Shown here: piece by piece, positions 1-12,950 of the stretch | How the letters are laid out: each line of letters opens with the position of its first letter | Position numbering within the stretch: position 1 is the first letter of the stretch | Notes under the pieces: generated by a model | The model's database searches: none | Told to the model about the DNA's origin: nothing | What the model saw: the letters and a program-made list of their open reading frames with translations, nothing else | NCBI RefSeq assembly: GCF_006345805.1 | Contig: NC_043006.1 | Location: 94,116,001-94,180,000 of the forward strand | Length of the DNA stretch: 64,000 nt | Reading direction: 5' to 3' | Origin: Octopus sinensis | Taxonomy: Eukaryota | Made by a program: the position numbers and the translations under genes

Positions 1-515
1 CCAACATCACTACACTAACATCAATAACACCACCACCACCACCACCACCACCACCACCACCACCACCACCACCACCACCACCACCACCACCACCACCACC
101 ACCACCACCACCACCATCATCCCCATCAAAACCAATATTTATCAGTACAAGAATCACGTAAACCACATCATACTCATTATCATGACTGCGACTGCCATTA
201 GCATTACCACCACCACCACCACCACCACCACCACCACCACTTGATGAATTTGGTGAAGCGGCGGAAATCACCGAGTGGGAATTCCTGCTGGAAAATATGT
301 TAAAATATTTGGGGCTATATAAAAATAACAAAAACACGTACTCATGTAATGTATGTATGTATATATATACTCATATGTACATATATATATATACACTAAA
401 ATCAATACCACCACCATCCCCATTAAAACCAATATTTATCAGTACAAGCATCACGTAAAGTGTATATATATATATATATATGTATATGTATATATGTACA
501 TATATATATATATGT

Positions 516-546
<31 letters not shown>

Positions 547-657
547 TACATATATATATATATATGTTATATATATATTATATACATGTATATATATATA
601 TGTATATATATATATGTACATATATATATATTGTGTATATATATATGACTATATATT

Positions 658-710
<53 letters not shown>

Positions 711-1126
711 ATGTATCGACACGTACACAAACATATCTGTACATACACATACACCTACATATAATAACATATTCTATTACTTCTGTATGTAGCACGTTAA
801 ACAGACATCCATTTCTGTCAGCAGGAGAAGGTTTCTCTGCCATGCACACCTTATTCAAAGAGTACTTTTATGAGTATAGCGTCTCTGCTATACAGTCTAA
901 GCAATGTAGAAGTCTAACTCGTCTGGCTGGTTCCTGACCACATGTTTTTCTCATTAACATGGATTTTAATCCAAAGCAGCGGGACTAAGCGTGTTTTCAT
1001 ATACATACATGTTACGTCATAAACTGTGATTAGATTAAAACAGAGTAATCCTGTAGAGAAGGGCATAACTTCTCACTTATAAACACATACTCAAACACAC
1101 ACACACACACACATATAGTATTTATT

Positions 1127-1158
<32 letters not shown>

Positions 1159-1178
1159 TATTATTATATTATTATTAC

Positions 1179-1220
<42 letters not shown>

Positions 1221-1233
1221 CATTATTATTATT

Positions 1234-3070
1234 TTCTCTTTATCACAGGTTTTGTTGGAGCACCTGGAGTCTTGCATGCGTAACAGGCTCACTACCTGCA
1301 GCCTACGGTAGCATGTTATTCGTTCTTTTCATCTATCTAATACTATCTAATAGGCAAGCACTAAGAACAAGCTACATAAAAATACAGAATAGACAACACA
1401 GCAGAAAGTGATAAGTGCAGAATCTGTGGACAAAACAGTGTCCAATGGATAAGCCTGGCTAAATTGTCGTTGCGTCTCATATTCCTTCTGGGCAAGTGGC
1501 GTACATTGGCTAGTAATATGCCATACGGTTTCATCGTTTTGTCCACAGATTCTGCACTTATCAGTTTCTGCTGTGTTGTCTATTCTGTATTTTATGTAGC
1601 TTGTTCTTAGTGCTTGCTCTTGGGCAGCACAGACTAGAGCCTCCGCTTCCGGTTTTAAAACACATTTTAGTCATCCACAGCCATCTTTTTTCTGTGCCTG
1701 TCTTATCTTCAACATCCCTATGAAATTGACCACACATTCTTTTCTTTACCCACCTATTTTCAGTTTCATTCGGTTTCAATTTCTTGTATTGTGCTTTATC
1801 TTTGCAATCTTTCATCCTACACAATCCTGACCTTCTTACTTCTAGTAATAGCGGTTCTGAGGAATTTTTTACATACCATGTTGCTTTCTTCTGCTTTAAT
1901 GCTGTGTTTGCATCCATTAAATCTTCTTCCCCCTCATTTTCTTGGTATATACGATCTGTCTGTGTCACTTTTTGGGTGGAGTGACCCATATCTAGTTAGC
2001 AACTTTCTTGTCTTTCTGTCTAAGCTGTTTAGTTCGTCTACTGTCCATGCGATTACCCCTGCTCCATATTTAAGGAGTGAAACCGTCCAGGGGTTGATAG
2101 CTTCGATCTTCTTCCGTCCGTTTAATTTCGACTTAAGGATCAGTCTCAATCTGCACAAGTACTCCATCTAACATTTTTCAGTCATTTCTTTCTCCATCAA
2201 TTTATCCATTTCCGAAAAATCCCCAAGTACTTATAGCCCGTCCCTTCTATCTGCTCCCTAACCTCCCCCGACATGTTAGTCCGTCCATACATTTGATTTT
2301 TGCCTCTCTTCAAGCTTAACACACCACACTTTCTCAGTTCGAACTCTATTCTGATATCAGCACTGAAAGTATACACTGTATCAAAGAGGGAACTGACTTG
2401 GGCTTCATTTTTACCATAAAGTTTGATGTCATCCATGAATAACAAATGGTTGACTTTTTGTTGGCGGCTTTTGAATACATACCCATCTTTTGCTTTCCTC
2501 AGAATCAGTGTCAGTGGTATCAAGCGCAGTAAAAAGATCAGCGGGGACAGGCAGTCCCCTTGGAAGATGCCCTTTCTAATTTCTACTGTCCCTAAACGTC
2601 TTCCGTATGCTGTCAGGTCCGTCCCCCAATTCGCCACACTTTTTCCAAGCATTCGATGCAATCCCAAATAGGTTCATACATTCCATTATCCAAGAGTGTG
2701 GGATCATATCGTACGCCTTACAACAGTCGATCCATGACATGGCTAAGTTATTTTTCCTCCTCTTGCAGTCAATGAATACATTTTTATCTATCAGGAGTTG
2801 ATCCTTGGTACCTCTGCACTTACGCTTGCAACCCTTCTGCTCATGTGGCAGGACTCCATTTTTTCTAGATGTTCGTACATTGACTCTGTGAGTATTCCAG
2901 TCAATAACTTCCACATAAGTGGCAAACAGAATATCTGCCTGTAATTGTCTACCGTATTGCCTCTTTCAATGTTTTTCAGGCACAGCACTGTCCTACCCAA
3001 TGTCAACCATTCTGGTGTTGCTTGGTCGGCATTTAACAAGGTATTGAGTTGCGCAGCTATTCGTGCATGA
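1234..3070 (-). mobile_element. Degenerate R4/Dong-clade LINE fragment (RT to zinc-knuckle region), internally rearranged
   Basis: Broken frames carry [56 protein letters not shown] and HLLFMDDIKLY. The 3' end abuts an (AAT)n/(GAT)n array. Confidence 0.85.
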
Positions 3071-3204
3071 CATTCATGCCCTAACCACTGGACCATTGCG
3101 CCTCCACACACACACACATATATATATATATACATACATATATAAATATACATATCATACATACAACATACATACATATATATATATATATATAGGTGGT
3201 GTAA

Positions 3205-3243
<39 letters not shown>

Positions 3244-3493
3244 CATATATATATATACATATGTATGTATATATATTTATATATGTATGTATTATATATA
3301 TATATTACACATATATATATATACATACATAAATATATATACATACATATATATATATATATGTATATATATTTATATATGTATATATATATATATTATA
3401 TATATAATATATATACATATATATATATGTATATTATATATATATGTATATATAGATATATGTGTATACATATTATAGATAATATATAGATAG

Positions 3494-3568
<75 letters not shown>

Positions 3569-3583
3569 ATATATGTATATATA

Positions 3584-3641
<58 letters not shown>

Positions 3642-3648
<7 letters not shown>

Positions 3649-3972
3649 CAAATAAGAAAATGGAGAACAATAGTTGGTTCATCAACTTTTGGACATTAAA
3701 AATGTTAACTTATTTATTTATTAAACTGATAATTATAATAACATACATATAGCATGAATATAAATTAGTAATTTATATTCATGTTTTAAATTACTAATTT
3801 ATATTCACGTTTTTTAATAATTACTGGTATCCTTATCTTATATGCATAGAATAATATGCAATATGTATGTAGGTTATTATATTTATCAGTTTAATAAATA
3901 AGTTAACATATATAATGTCCTAAAGTTGATGAACCAAATATTGTTCTCCTCCATTTTCTTATTTCCAATATA
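3642..3972. repeat. AT-rich inverted repeat (arms of about 110 bp) next to (TA)n
   Basis: 3642-3750 is an imperfect reverse complement of 3861-3972. Confidence 0.8.
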
Positions 3973-4192
3973 AATTAATGGTAAATATCTCTTTACCTTC
4001 ACCCATATAATACACAAGGTAATGTAATTGCAATGCAATAAAAAACACCTGCATATTAATAATAGGGTATTCTACCAACAGTATACTGGATAGATATTAT
4101 GTCTTAGTGGGTTGGATTCACAAACCTAACTTTCTTGGAGTTTATATATATATATATATAGGCGCAGGAGTATATATATATATAATATATAT

Positions 4193-4240
<48 letters not shown>

Positions 4241-4366
4241 ATTATGATTTGATTTTGATTTTGATTTTTCCAGTTTCAGCTTATGAGCTGTGGCCATGCT
4301 GGGGCACCGCCATTTGGTGTTGCTAATTGGTTTCACTTCATGAAGGCTTTCTAGCAACTGCTATTT

Positions 4367-4742
4367 GGTGCAGGAGTGGCTGTGTGGTAAGTAGCTTGCT
4401 AACCAACCACATGGTTCCATGTTCAGTCTCACTGCATGGCACCTTGGGCAAGTGTCTTCTATTATAGCTTCGGGCCGACCAAAGCCTTGTGAGTGGATTT
4501 GTTAGACGGAAACTGAACGAAGCCTGTCGTATACATGTATATGTTTGTGTGTCTGAGTTGTCCCCCACCATCTCTTGACGACCGATGTTGCTGTGTTTAC
4601 GCCCCCGTAACTTAGCAGTTCGGCAAAAGAGACCGATAGAATAAGTACTGGGCTTACAAATAATAAGTCCTGGGGTTGATTTGTTCGATTAAAGGCGATG
4701 CTTCAGCATGGCCGCAGTCAAATGATTGAAACCTGTAAAAGG
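4367..4742 (+). mobile_element. tRNA-derived SINE, family A
   Basis: Head GGTGCAGGAGTGGCTGTGTGGTAAG with A/B-like boxes. Near-identical to the 4892 copy. Confidence 0.85.
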
Positions 4743-4891
4743 ATGAGAGGGGGGGGAGAGAGAGAGAGATTGGCAGATAGATATACATATGTGTATACAT
4801 ACATTTCTTTATTCCTTTACTTATTCCAGTCATTTGACTGCGGCCATGCTGGAGCACCAATACGTATATTTACATGAAACATATACACATA

Positions 4892-5283
4892 GGCGCAGGA
4901 GTGGCTGTGTGGTAAGTAGCTTGCTAACCAACCACATGGTTCCGGGTTCAGTCCCACTGCGTGGCATCTTGGGCAAGTGTCTTCTGCTATAGCCCCGGGC
5001 CGACCAATGCCTTGTGAGTGGATTTGGTAGACGGAAACTGAAAGAAGCCTGTCGTATATATGTGTATATATATACGTATGTATGTGTGTGTGTGTTTGTC
5101 TCCCTAGCATTGAATTACAACCGATGCTGGTGTGTTTACGTCCCCGTCACTTAGCGGTTTGGCGAAAGAGACCGATAGAATAAGTACTGGGCTTACAAAG
5201 AATAATCCCGCGGTCGATTTGCTCGACTAAAGGCGGTGCTCCAGCATGGCCGCAGTCAAATGATTGAAACAAGTAAAAGAGTA
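4892..5283 (+). mobile_element. tRNA-derived SINE, family A (full length)
   Basis: GGCGCAGGAGTGGCTGTGTGGTAAG...GGTTCAGTCCC...CAGCATGGCCGCAGTC...GAAACAAGTAAAAGA. Confidence 0.9.
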
Positions 5284-6640
5284 TACTTGTATACGCACAC
5301 ATATACACTCATATCTGCATCTGTTGAATACTTTGCCTTGATCGTTTTCTGTTCCTTACCGTCTGCTAATCTGGATTCGCATGAATATTGAGTGAGGTGA
5401 TCGCCCTAATCTTACACAGCCCCTTCACATAATACACACCTACGTACGTACAAAACACATACATCTGAGTGTATGTATCATGGTTCGGCCCAAACATTTT
5501 TAAAGTTAGATGAAGAAATACATGCAATGTGTCAACGTTTGCAGAATATATTGAGAAAAACAGCGAAGAGAACCAACGATCAAAGTGGACGCTTGTGAAA
5601 GGCAAAAGCGTGGAATTTGTCGGAGCAGTTATCATCTTTGTATGATTGAATTTAAGATCTTGTCTTTACATAGTGTTATGTTGACCATAATGAATGAAAT
5701 CTTTTCCTTTCAGTTCAACACTCGATAACCATAAAAACAACTGCTTGACAGATGCCATTGTATATAAGCACTTACGAACTCCATGTTTTTAACGGACGCT
5801 TAATTACGTATCAAATTTTCTCTCACGATACCGTTTGCCAGCGAGCCATTATCTATAGAAAACTCCTATAAAATGCTGCTCATTAACTTAGTTTCAAATT
5901 TCTCCCAAACTTGAATATTGCGCTTCATTCTATACAACAATGGGTTAATACCCTATTTTGGACTTTTCCTTCTGTATCATCATCATGTCATCATCATCAT
6001 CATCATCTCATCATCATCATCATCATCATCATCATCTAAAGTCCGTTTTCCATGCTGCTATGGGTTGGACAGTTTGACAGAAGCTGGCGAACCGGAAGGC
6101 TGCACCGAGCTCCAGTCGTTTGTTATGGAGTGATTTCTACAGCTGGATGCCCTTCCTAACGCCAAACACTTTATGGGGTGTACTGGGCGCTTTTTATGTG
6201 ACGCCAGTAAGGGAACTTTTTTTTACCTTCGTAAGAATCCATTTGTATTTATAAGCAATCTTTAGATTGCTTTATTTTCAACGAACACTTTATTGTGCGT
6301 GAGATATTTTTTAACATCGTATCTCAGACGGACCGTTATCTACAAAGCCATGTTACAATTTTAATGACTTGACTTGAACAGATAAAGTTTCTAAAAAGCA
6401 ACCAAAAACTAACGAAGACTACAAATGTTTACGCTGTTCGTGTATGAATATCAAAACATTTCTTTGACTTCCATGTTTTGGACTTGGGAAAGCTTCACAC
6501 TTGATAGAAATGATAAATGTATGCACATATATTTGCATACAAGATAACGACAGAATAACTTATGGTCAGTTGAGTTATTTAGCTTAAACAAAAAACAATA
6601 ATATTAGGCATCCGGGCAACTTGAGGTAATTTCCACTGCC

Positions 6641-6660
6641 ATGTGTGTGCTTGATCGTGC

Positions 6661-6691
<31 letters not shown>

Positions 6692-6990
6692 TGTGTGTGT
6701 ATGTGTTGCGTGCGCTTGATCATGCGTCTGTGTGTATGTGTGTGTGTATGTGTTGTGTGCGCTTGATCGTGCGTGTGTGTATGTGTGTGTGTATGTGTTG
6801 CGTGCGCTTGATCATGCGTCTGTGTGTATGTGTGTGTGTGTATGTGTTGTGTGCGCTTGATCGTGCGTGTGTGTGTATGTGTTGTGTGTGCGTTTGTTCG
6901 TGTGTGTGTGTGTGTGTGTGCGCTTGTTCGTGCGTGTGTGCGCGCTTGTTCGTGAGTGTGTTGTGTGTGTGTGTGTGTGTGCGCGCGCGC
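6641..6990. repeat. (GT)n-derived minisatellite with recurring GCGCTTGATC
   Basis: Direct inspection; units of about 40-50 bp. Confidence 0.8.
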
Positions 6991-8693
6991 AGAGGTACAA
7001 GCACAAAAAATCATGGAAGGAAACTAGTTGAAACTATCATAGATAAGGTTTTTTTTTTCATCTTTTAAGGAGGAAAGAAATGTTGAGTGGTCTTAGGGAC
7101 GACGGTTCCTCACTGCAGCAAGGATAAGATTAACAGGAAATCATGTATGGGAATAGTTCAAGCTTGTTCCTGTCTACAAAACACACACACACACACACAC
7201 AAAGAGAGGCGCACACCCACACAGTTACAGAGAGACTTTTGAGAAACGAAACATGTTGTTCTACATTTGGTCTTGAAATGTTGGTAAAATGTAGTCATCG
7301 CTTGTGTCCATCGCGTTTATGTTACACACACACACCAACACACGCACCAACACACACACACACACACACAAAGACGCATACACGCACACATTTCGCTTAA
7401 GCATATCACCACTAGGCGTAATAAGAGATTAAATGAAAGACAAAGGAACAGAAATAATGGACTTCATTCCCAGGACACCGTCAGCCAACGTTTCATTGAT
7501 TTATATGATAACGATGAGGTATGATTTGAGGGAGATTTGGTTGTTACTTGTAACAAGTCGCGCCACCACGCACCGGTTCCATCTTTGTCACGTGACAGTT
7601 TTGTTGTTGTTCTTGCTTCTCTGTAAGTCGAACGTTCTAATGATTTAATGTTTCCAGGCATGACTCTCCCGTCTGTTTCTTACGCATTGTGTATCCAGGA
7701 CTACATAATCTCATGTGACCCTGATTTTTTAAGATGGTAGACTGTGATTTTAGTGATGTTGGCTGTTATTTCTAGCAGATCGACTAACATCGCATTGCCG
7801 TTGATAATGGTGGCGAATGAAGTGGTGATGATAATAACGCTATAATCCATTTTAAAACCTAGATCAACCTTGAACGAACAAACCTATGATCGAAAACAAT
7901 TCCAGCCGTGACTATCACGTTAGTTTTTTTTTTGAGGCATAATGCTTCTGAGAGTACATTACTCAAAACATCATACCTTATTTTTTTCGCAGAGCAGGGT
8001 ATGACATCAGAGATATTTGGCTGCCATTTCTAACAAATCCAGCAGCTTCTTAGAGGCTCTCCCATCGGAACACGCCGTGCACATTCCGTAGATTGAGCCA
8101 AAGAAATGAGTAATAAAAATAAAGATAACACAAACGGCAAACATTTCTAAAGATATCCCAGTCTGGAAAGCGAAATGAAATCCTATGCAAACGTTACCCG
8201 AGTCACAATGGAATGCTATCCTGCTATTAAGGGTGGGCGGGAAGGTTTATCTATCATCTGCTTAAGGCTTATGAAAATAAAGGTGAGCACTGGGCCTTAG
8301 AAAGCTTAAATAGGGCGGGACGCTTGCGGGAGGCTTTTCAAACATTATTGACACAGAGATAAACTTAAGGCGTGCGCACCTAGCTAACAACATAGATACA
8401 ATTTATATGCATAGGTATATGCATACACTCAGACACACAAACACACACACCTATGTATACGCACATACGTAGGACACACACCACATTCATCTGCTTCTCT
8501 GTATGTATATGTGTGTATATATATATATGTGTGTATACATACATACATACATACATACATATATGTATACACACACACGTATATATATGATTGAGGGGAT
8601 GGGTAAAATCTGGGTGATCCCTTCAGCAGCACTTCCATCAAGGAACCTGGATCGCATACTTACATGCACCTACTCGTACACACACACATATAT

Positions 8694-8726
<33 letters not shown>

Positions 8727-9402
8727 CATGCACACACACATGTATACACATACACACATATATACACTCTGACCCCAATGCAAATATATGACATTTAGCA
8801 TGCTTACTAAGGTGTGCTAACGTGATTACTCGACCTGCTAGAAATAGCAACAAAATACACCTCAAATAGCACCCTACTAAGGAAAGAAAACAAACGATAC
8901 ATTGGGCAATAGAGTATAAAGATAAAATAAGCTGAAAACAAAACAGGCTGGTCAAGGCTGGAAAGCTTTGATCATAACTGCATTACGCGTTCAGAATTGG
9001 TCTACTTGGAGTCGGTAAACAACTATAACAGCTTGACATTTGAAATATTTACACAAACCAAACTAGATAGGATAAGTTATGGATTATCGGGTTTGTATGT
9101 ACTTGTGTTAAGTGTAGTACTGTCTATACTATATATAGTTCAAATTTATAGAAAAACAAAGTCGAAGACAGGTGTAAGGGCAACAAGCAAGGGTATTCGT
9201 TTGATGCTCGGGAAAAATTGGAACGTTTCGGGAAAAATTGACGTTTCGAACCTGCGCTCTTCGACAGAAAAGAATAAAAAGAAATAGAGAGAGAATGAGG
9301 AAAAAAAAAACCTGTGTATAAACATTCAACACACCAGAGACGTAGGTAGAAAACACACACACATTTAACATACAAACACGCACGCACACACACACACGAT
9401 AT

Positions 9403-9590
9403 AGGCGCGAGCGGGGCTGTATAGCTAGAAGCTTTCTTCTCAGCTACGTGGTACCGGGTTCAGTTCTATAGCGTGGCACATTGAGAAAGTGTCGTCTACT
9501 ATAGCCTCCGACAAATGGCCAAAGCCTTGCGATTGGATTTGGTAGACAGAAACTGAAAGAAGCCCGTGATATGTGTGTGTCTGTGTGTGT
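9403..9590 (+). mobile_element. SINE family A, 5' half
   Basis: Similarity to the head and core of the 4892 copy. Confidence 0.7.
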
Positions 9591-10199
9591 GTGTAGGGAT
9601 CAATATAGTTTGATTCAAATTCGTTGTTACTCCGAGTTTCAAGCGTGATGCTAGTCTGCAGCCATTTGGAATTTGAATGAAAGAAGCTGATTGTTATTAC
9701 TGTAAAGTGAGCTGCGATTAGTCGAGGAAGGTCATATGGTGTTATATATCGGTATATCAGCGACAACAGTTAGTCGCAAAATACCGCTGATGAACAGAAA
9801 AGCGATCCCGTGGTGGATAGGAAATCGGTCAGGTTGCTGGAGAGGAAGTAGGGAGGAGCGGTAGGTGCAAGTATATAGCTGTATATGTGGATGTGTGGAC
9901 GCGCTCATTTGGTTTTCTGTGCATGCCTGTATTGATGCGAGCGTGCACATATGAACATGAGCGCGCACACCTACACACATATAAATGAATATGCGCGTGC
10001 GCGTACACACATACATGCGCATACACATGTACGCACACACAAAAACACACACACATGCGTATTCATGTATATGTACATATGTATATATGCATGCATATTA
10101 GCCTGTGCACACGCACGCATGCGCGTTCACATGCGTACTCTCTCTCGAGCGCGTGCATGTGTATACATACGCATAACAAGCGTTGGGGATTGGTAATTA

Positions 10200-10715
10200 G
10201 CGGTCCCGCTCATGGGTTTGGTTGGTGACGGTGACCTTGGTGCAGAGGTCAAGCTGGTACTAAGATGGTACATCTGGGTTGTCGGCGGACAGAGGCCTGA
10301 GATTAGCCAGAAGGGCATACCTCTTGTAACAGCACTAAGGTAAATCATATTTCTTGTTGATGGATACTGCACGTTGTTGGAGGTTACGCAGTGAGCTAGC
10401 GGTTGGGGGCGCCGGGTGAATATGGTGGCGCTCTGTCGACGATCGTTCACTTGATGCTAGGTGTTTCATCTCGGAGTTCACGGAGTCTCCAGAGAGAACG
10501 ACCCTGGGAAGCAGGGTTCCCTCTGTCCCTTGATCTGAATAGGTGTATATGCTGGTATGCTGGGAGTATCTTCCCTTGAAATCATTAGCTGCCGTACCCG
10601 TATAGTGTCTAGCAATGCCATCGGATGGTGTAAGGGTGGCTCTGTATACTACGATCCTTGAGACAGAAGATCCTTCTAGAGAGCACATGGTAGGGTCTCG
10701 GTAGTTGCAGGTTGA
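10200..10715 (-). mobile_element. Penelope-like element GIY-YIG endonuclease remnant
   Basis: CNYRDPTMCSLEG..VVYRATLT...HYTGTAANDFKGRYSQH matches the Cys-linker plus GIY-YIG pattern of PLEs. Frameshifted downstream. Confidence 0.7.
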
Positions 10716-10726
10716 GGTTGGGGGTG

Positions 10727-11105
10727 GTGCATGCGTGGCTCTGTGGTAAGAAACTTGCTTTCCAACCAGATAGTTCCAGGTTCAGTCCCACTGTGTGGCA
10801 CCTTGGGCTAGCGTATTCTACTATAATTTCGGGGCGATTAAAGCCTAGTGAGTGGAGTGGATTTGGTGGACGGAAACTGAAAGAAGTATATGTGTGTGTG
10901 TCTGTGTGTGTGTGTGTGGGTGTGTGTCTTTGTGTCAGTGTTTGTCTCCTCGTCACGGTTTGGCAATAGGTGTTGTTGTGTTTACGTTTATGTAACTTAG
11001 CGGTTCGGCAAAAAGGTTCCCAAGTACTAGGCTTTAAAAAAACAATAAGAGGTGCTCCAGCATGGCTGCAGCCAAATGATTGAAATAGTCAAAAAGTAAA
11101 AGAAT
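10727..11105 (+). mobile_element. SINE family A
   Basis: Similarity to the 4892 copy over head, core and tail. Confidence 0.8.
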
Positions 11106-11762
11106 AACAACACACACACACACACATTATGAATAAAGGGTAAAGACTCGCCGTCGGTCTTGAACGACCATGGGATTGCACCTAGCGAGTTCCCATCCAA
11201 AGCACAAGTGGGGGCAAGGTTGTTTATGGAAAACCAACAGAGTCGACCACGCAAACCAGCCTCCCCTCTTTACGCCATCGATGTTACCCAAGGGAAAGGC
11301 AAAGCAAGATAGAGCAACCAGTGACGTTGCAACTCATTTCTGCAGCTGAGTGGTTTGGAGCAACATAAAATAGAGTGCCTTGCTCAAGAACACACAGCCC
11401 AGTCCAAGAACCAAACTCACAACCTCACGATTGTACACCCAAAGCTCTAACCACTGAGCCATGCACCTTCATAAATGTGTGTGTGTGTGTGTTTATCCCA
11501 CACACCACCAATTGACAACTACATGGCCGCAGTCTCATGACTGAAACAAATAAAAGATGAAACATAAAAAATAAAAACAAAAAGACAAACGTCCCTGCCA
11601 TTCCTTAATTTCTCAAGGCTTATCGTTCTTGATAAGTGGACAAGCAACCTCCGCCCACAGCTTTTCCTTCCTCAGACCCCCACTCCAAATTCCTTCTCTA
11701 CGTTCGTACGTACGTGCTCATGTATACATCCACAAACAGATGTTTGTACATGACATATGTAT

Positions 11763-11844
<82 letters not shown>

Positions 11845-12202
11845 CGTGTGTTTGCTTAGATAGATATGCCTCTGGTTCTCCGCCGGTTACTGCGACGAGT
11901 GTTCCAGTTAATCCGATCAACGGAACAGCCTGCTTTTGAAATTAGCGTGCAAGTGGGTGAGTACACCACACTCGTGTCTACACATTAATCTGGTTCTCAG
12001 GAAGATTCAGCGACACACAGAATGTGACAAGGCTGTCTCTTTTCAGTGACGGGAGAACTCATTTTGGCCAGCTGGAGCAACGTGAGATAAAGTGTTTCGC
12101 TCAAGGACACAACACATCATCGAAAATCGAACTCACAACCACATGATAGTGAGCAAAGCGCCCGTCACTGTGTGTGTATGTATGTGTGTATATATATATA
12201 TA

Positions 12203-12430
12203 TTTCTTTATTACCCATAAGGGGCTAACATAGAGGGGACAAACAATGACAGACAAAGGGATTAAGTCGATTACATCGAACCCAATGCGTAACTGCTACT
12301 TTATTTATCGACCTCGAAAGGATGAAAAGCAAAGTCGTCCTCGGCGGAATTTGAACTCAGAACGTAACGGCAGACGTAATACGGCTAAGCGTTTCGCCCG
12401 GCGCGCTAACGTTTCTGCCAGCTAGCCGCC
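12203..12430 (-). mobile_element. tRNA-derived SINE, family B
   Basis: Minus head GGCGGCTAGCTGGCAGAAACGTTAGC...GAGTTCAAATTCC and core TTTCATCCTTTCGAGGTCGATAAA. Other copies near 15400-15572, 42410-42567 and 44005-44230. Confidence 0.8.
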
Positions 12431-12479
12431 TTCATGTATGTATATGTATATGTATGTGTGTGTATATATATATATATAT

Positions 12480-12950
12480 CATCATCATCATCAGCATCGT
12501 TTAACATCCGTTTTCCGCGCTAGCACGGGTTGGACGGTTCGACCGGGGTCTGGGAAGCCAGGGGCTGCACCAGGCTCCAGTCTGATCTGGCAGAGTTTCT
12601 ACAGCTGGATGCCCTTCCTAACACCAACCACTCCGCGAATGTAGTGGGTGCTTTTTACGTGCCACCTGCACAGGTGCCAGGGGGATCCGGCATCGGCCAC
12701 GATCGGTTGGAGCTTTTAACGTGCCACCGGCACGGAAGCCAGCCAAGGCGGCGCTGGCAACGGCCACGTTCGGATGGTGCTTTTTATGTGCCACCGGCAC
12801 AGAAGCCAGTCGGGGCGGCGCTGGCATCGGTCACGTTCGGATGGTGCTTTTTATGTGCCACCGGCACAGAAGCCAGCCGAGGCGGCGCTGGCAACGGCCA
12901 CGTACGGATGGTGCTTTTTATGTGCCACCGGCACAGGTATCACAACTACT
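12480..12950 (-). mobile_element. Retroposon 3' end with (GAT)n tail and internal 67-bp minisatellite
   Basis: Matches 6035-6200. The repeat unit TGCTTTTTATGTGCCACCGGCAC... starts at 12778, 12845 and 12912, with degenerate copies upstream. Confidence 0.65.

Noticed and set aside
353-937. Long Y/I/C/V/H/T-rich ORFs (also 19169-20258, 35296-35901, 55492-56217 and others)
   Set aside because: Translations of dinucleotide and trinucleotide microsatellites, with no splice or domain support.
5366-5635. Minus ORF starting ITAPTNSTLL, as a candidate Ig exon
   Set aside because: Lacks the Ig Cys/Trp pattern and splice signals.
12645-12937. Regular 67-bp repeats resembling a CRISPR array
   Set aside because: Whole units repeat with no unique spacers; a minisatellite in a eukaryotic retroposon.
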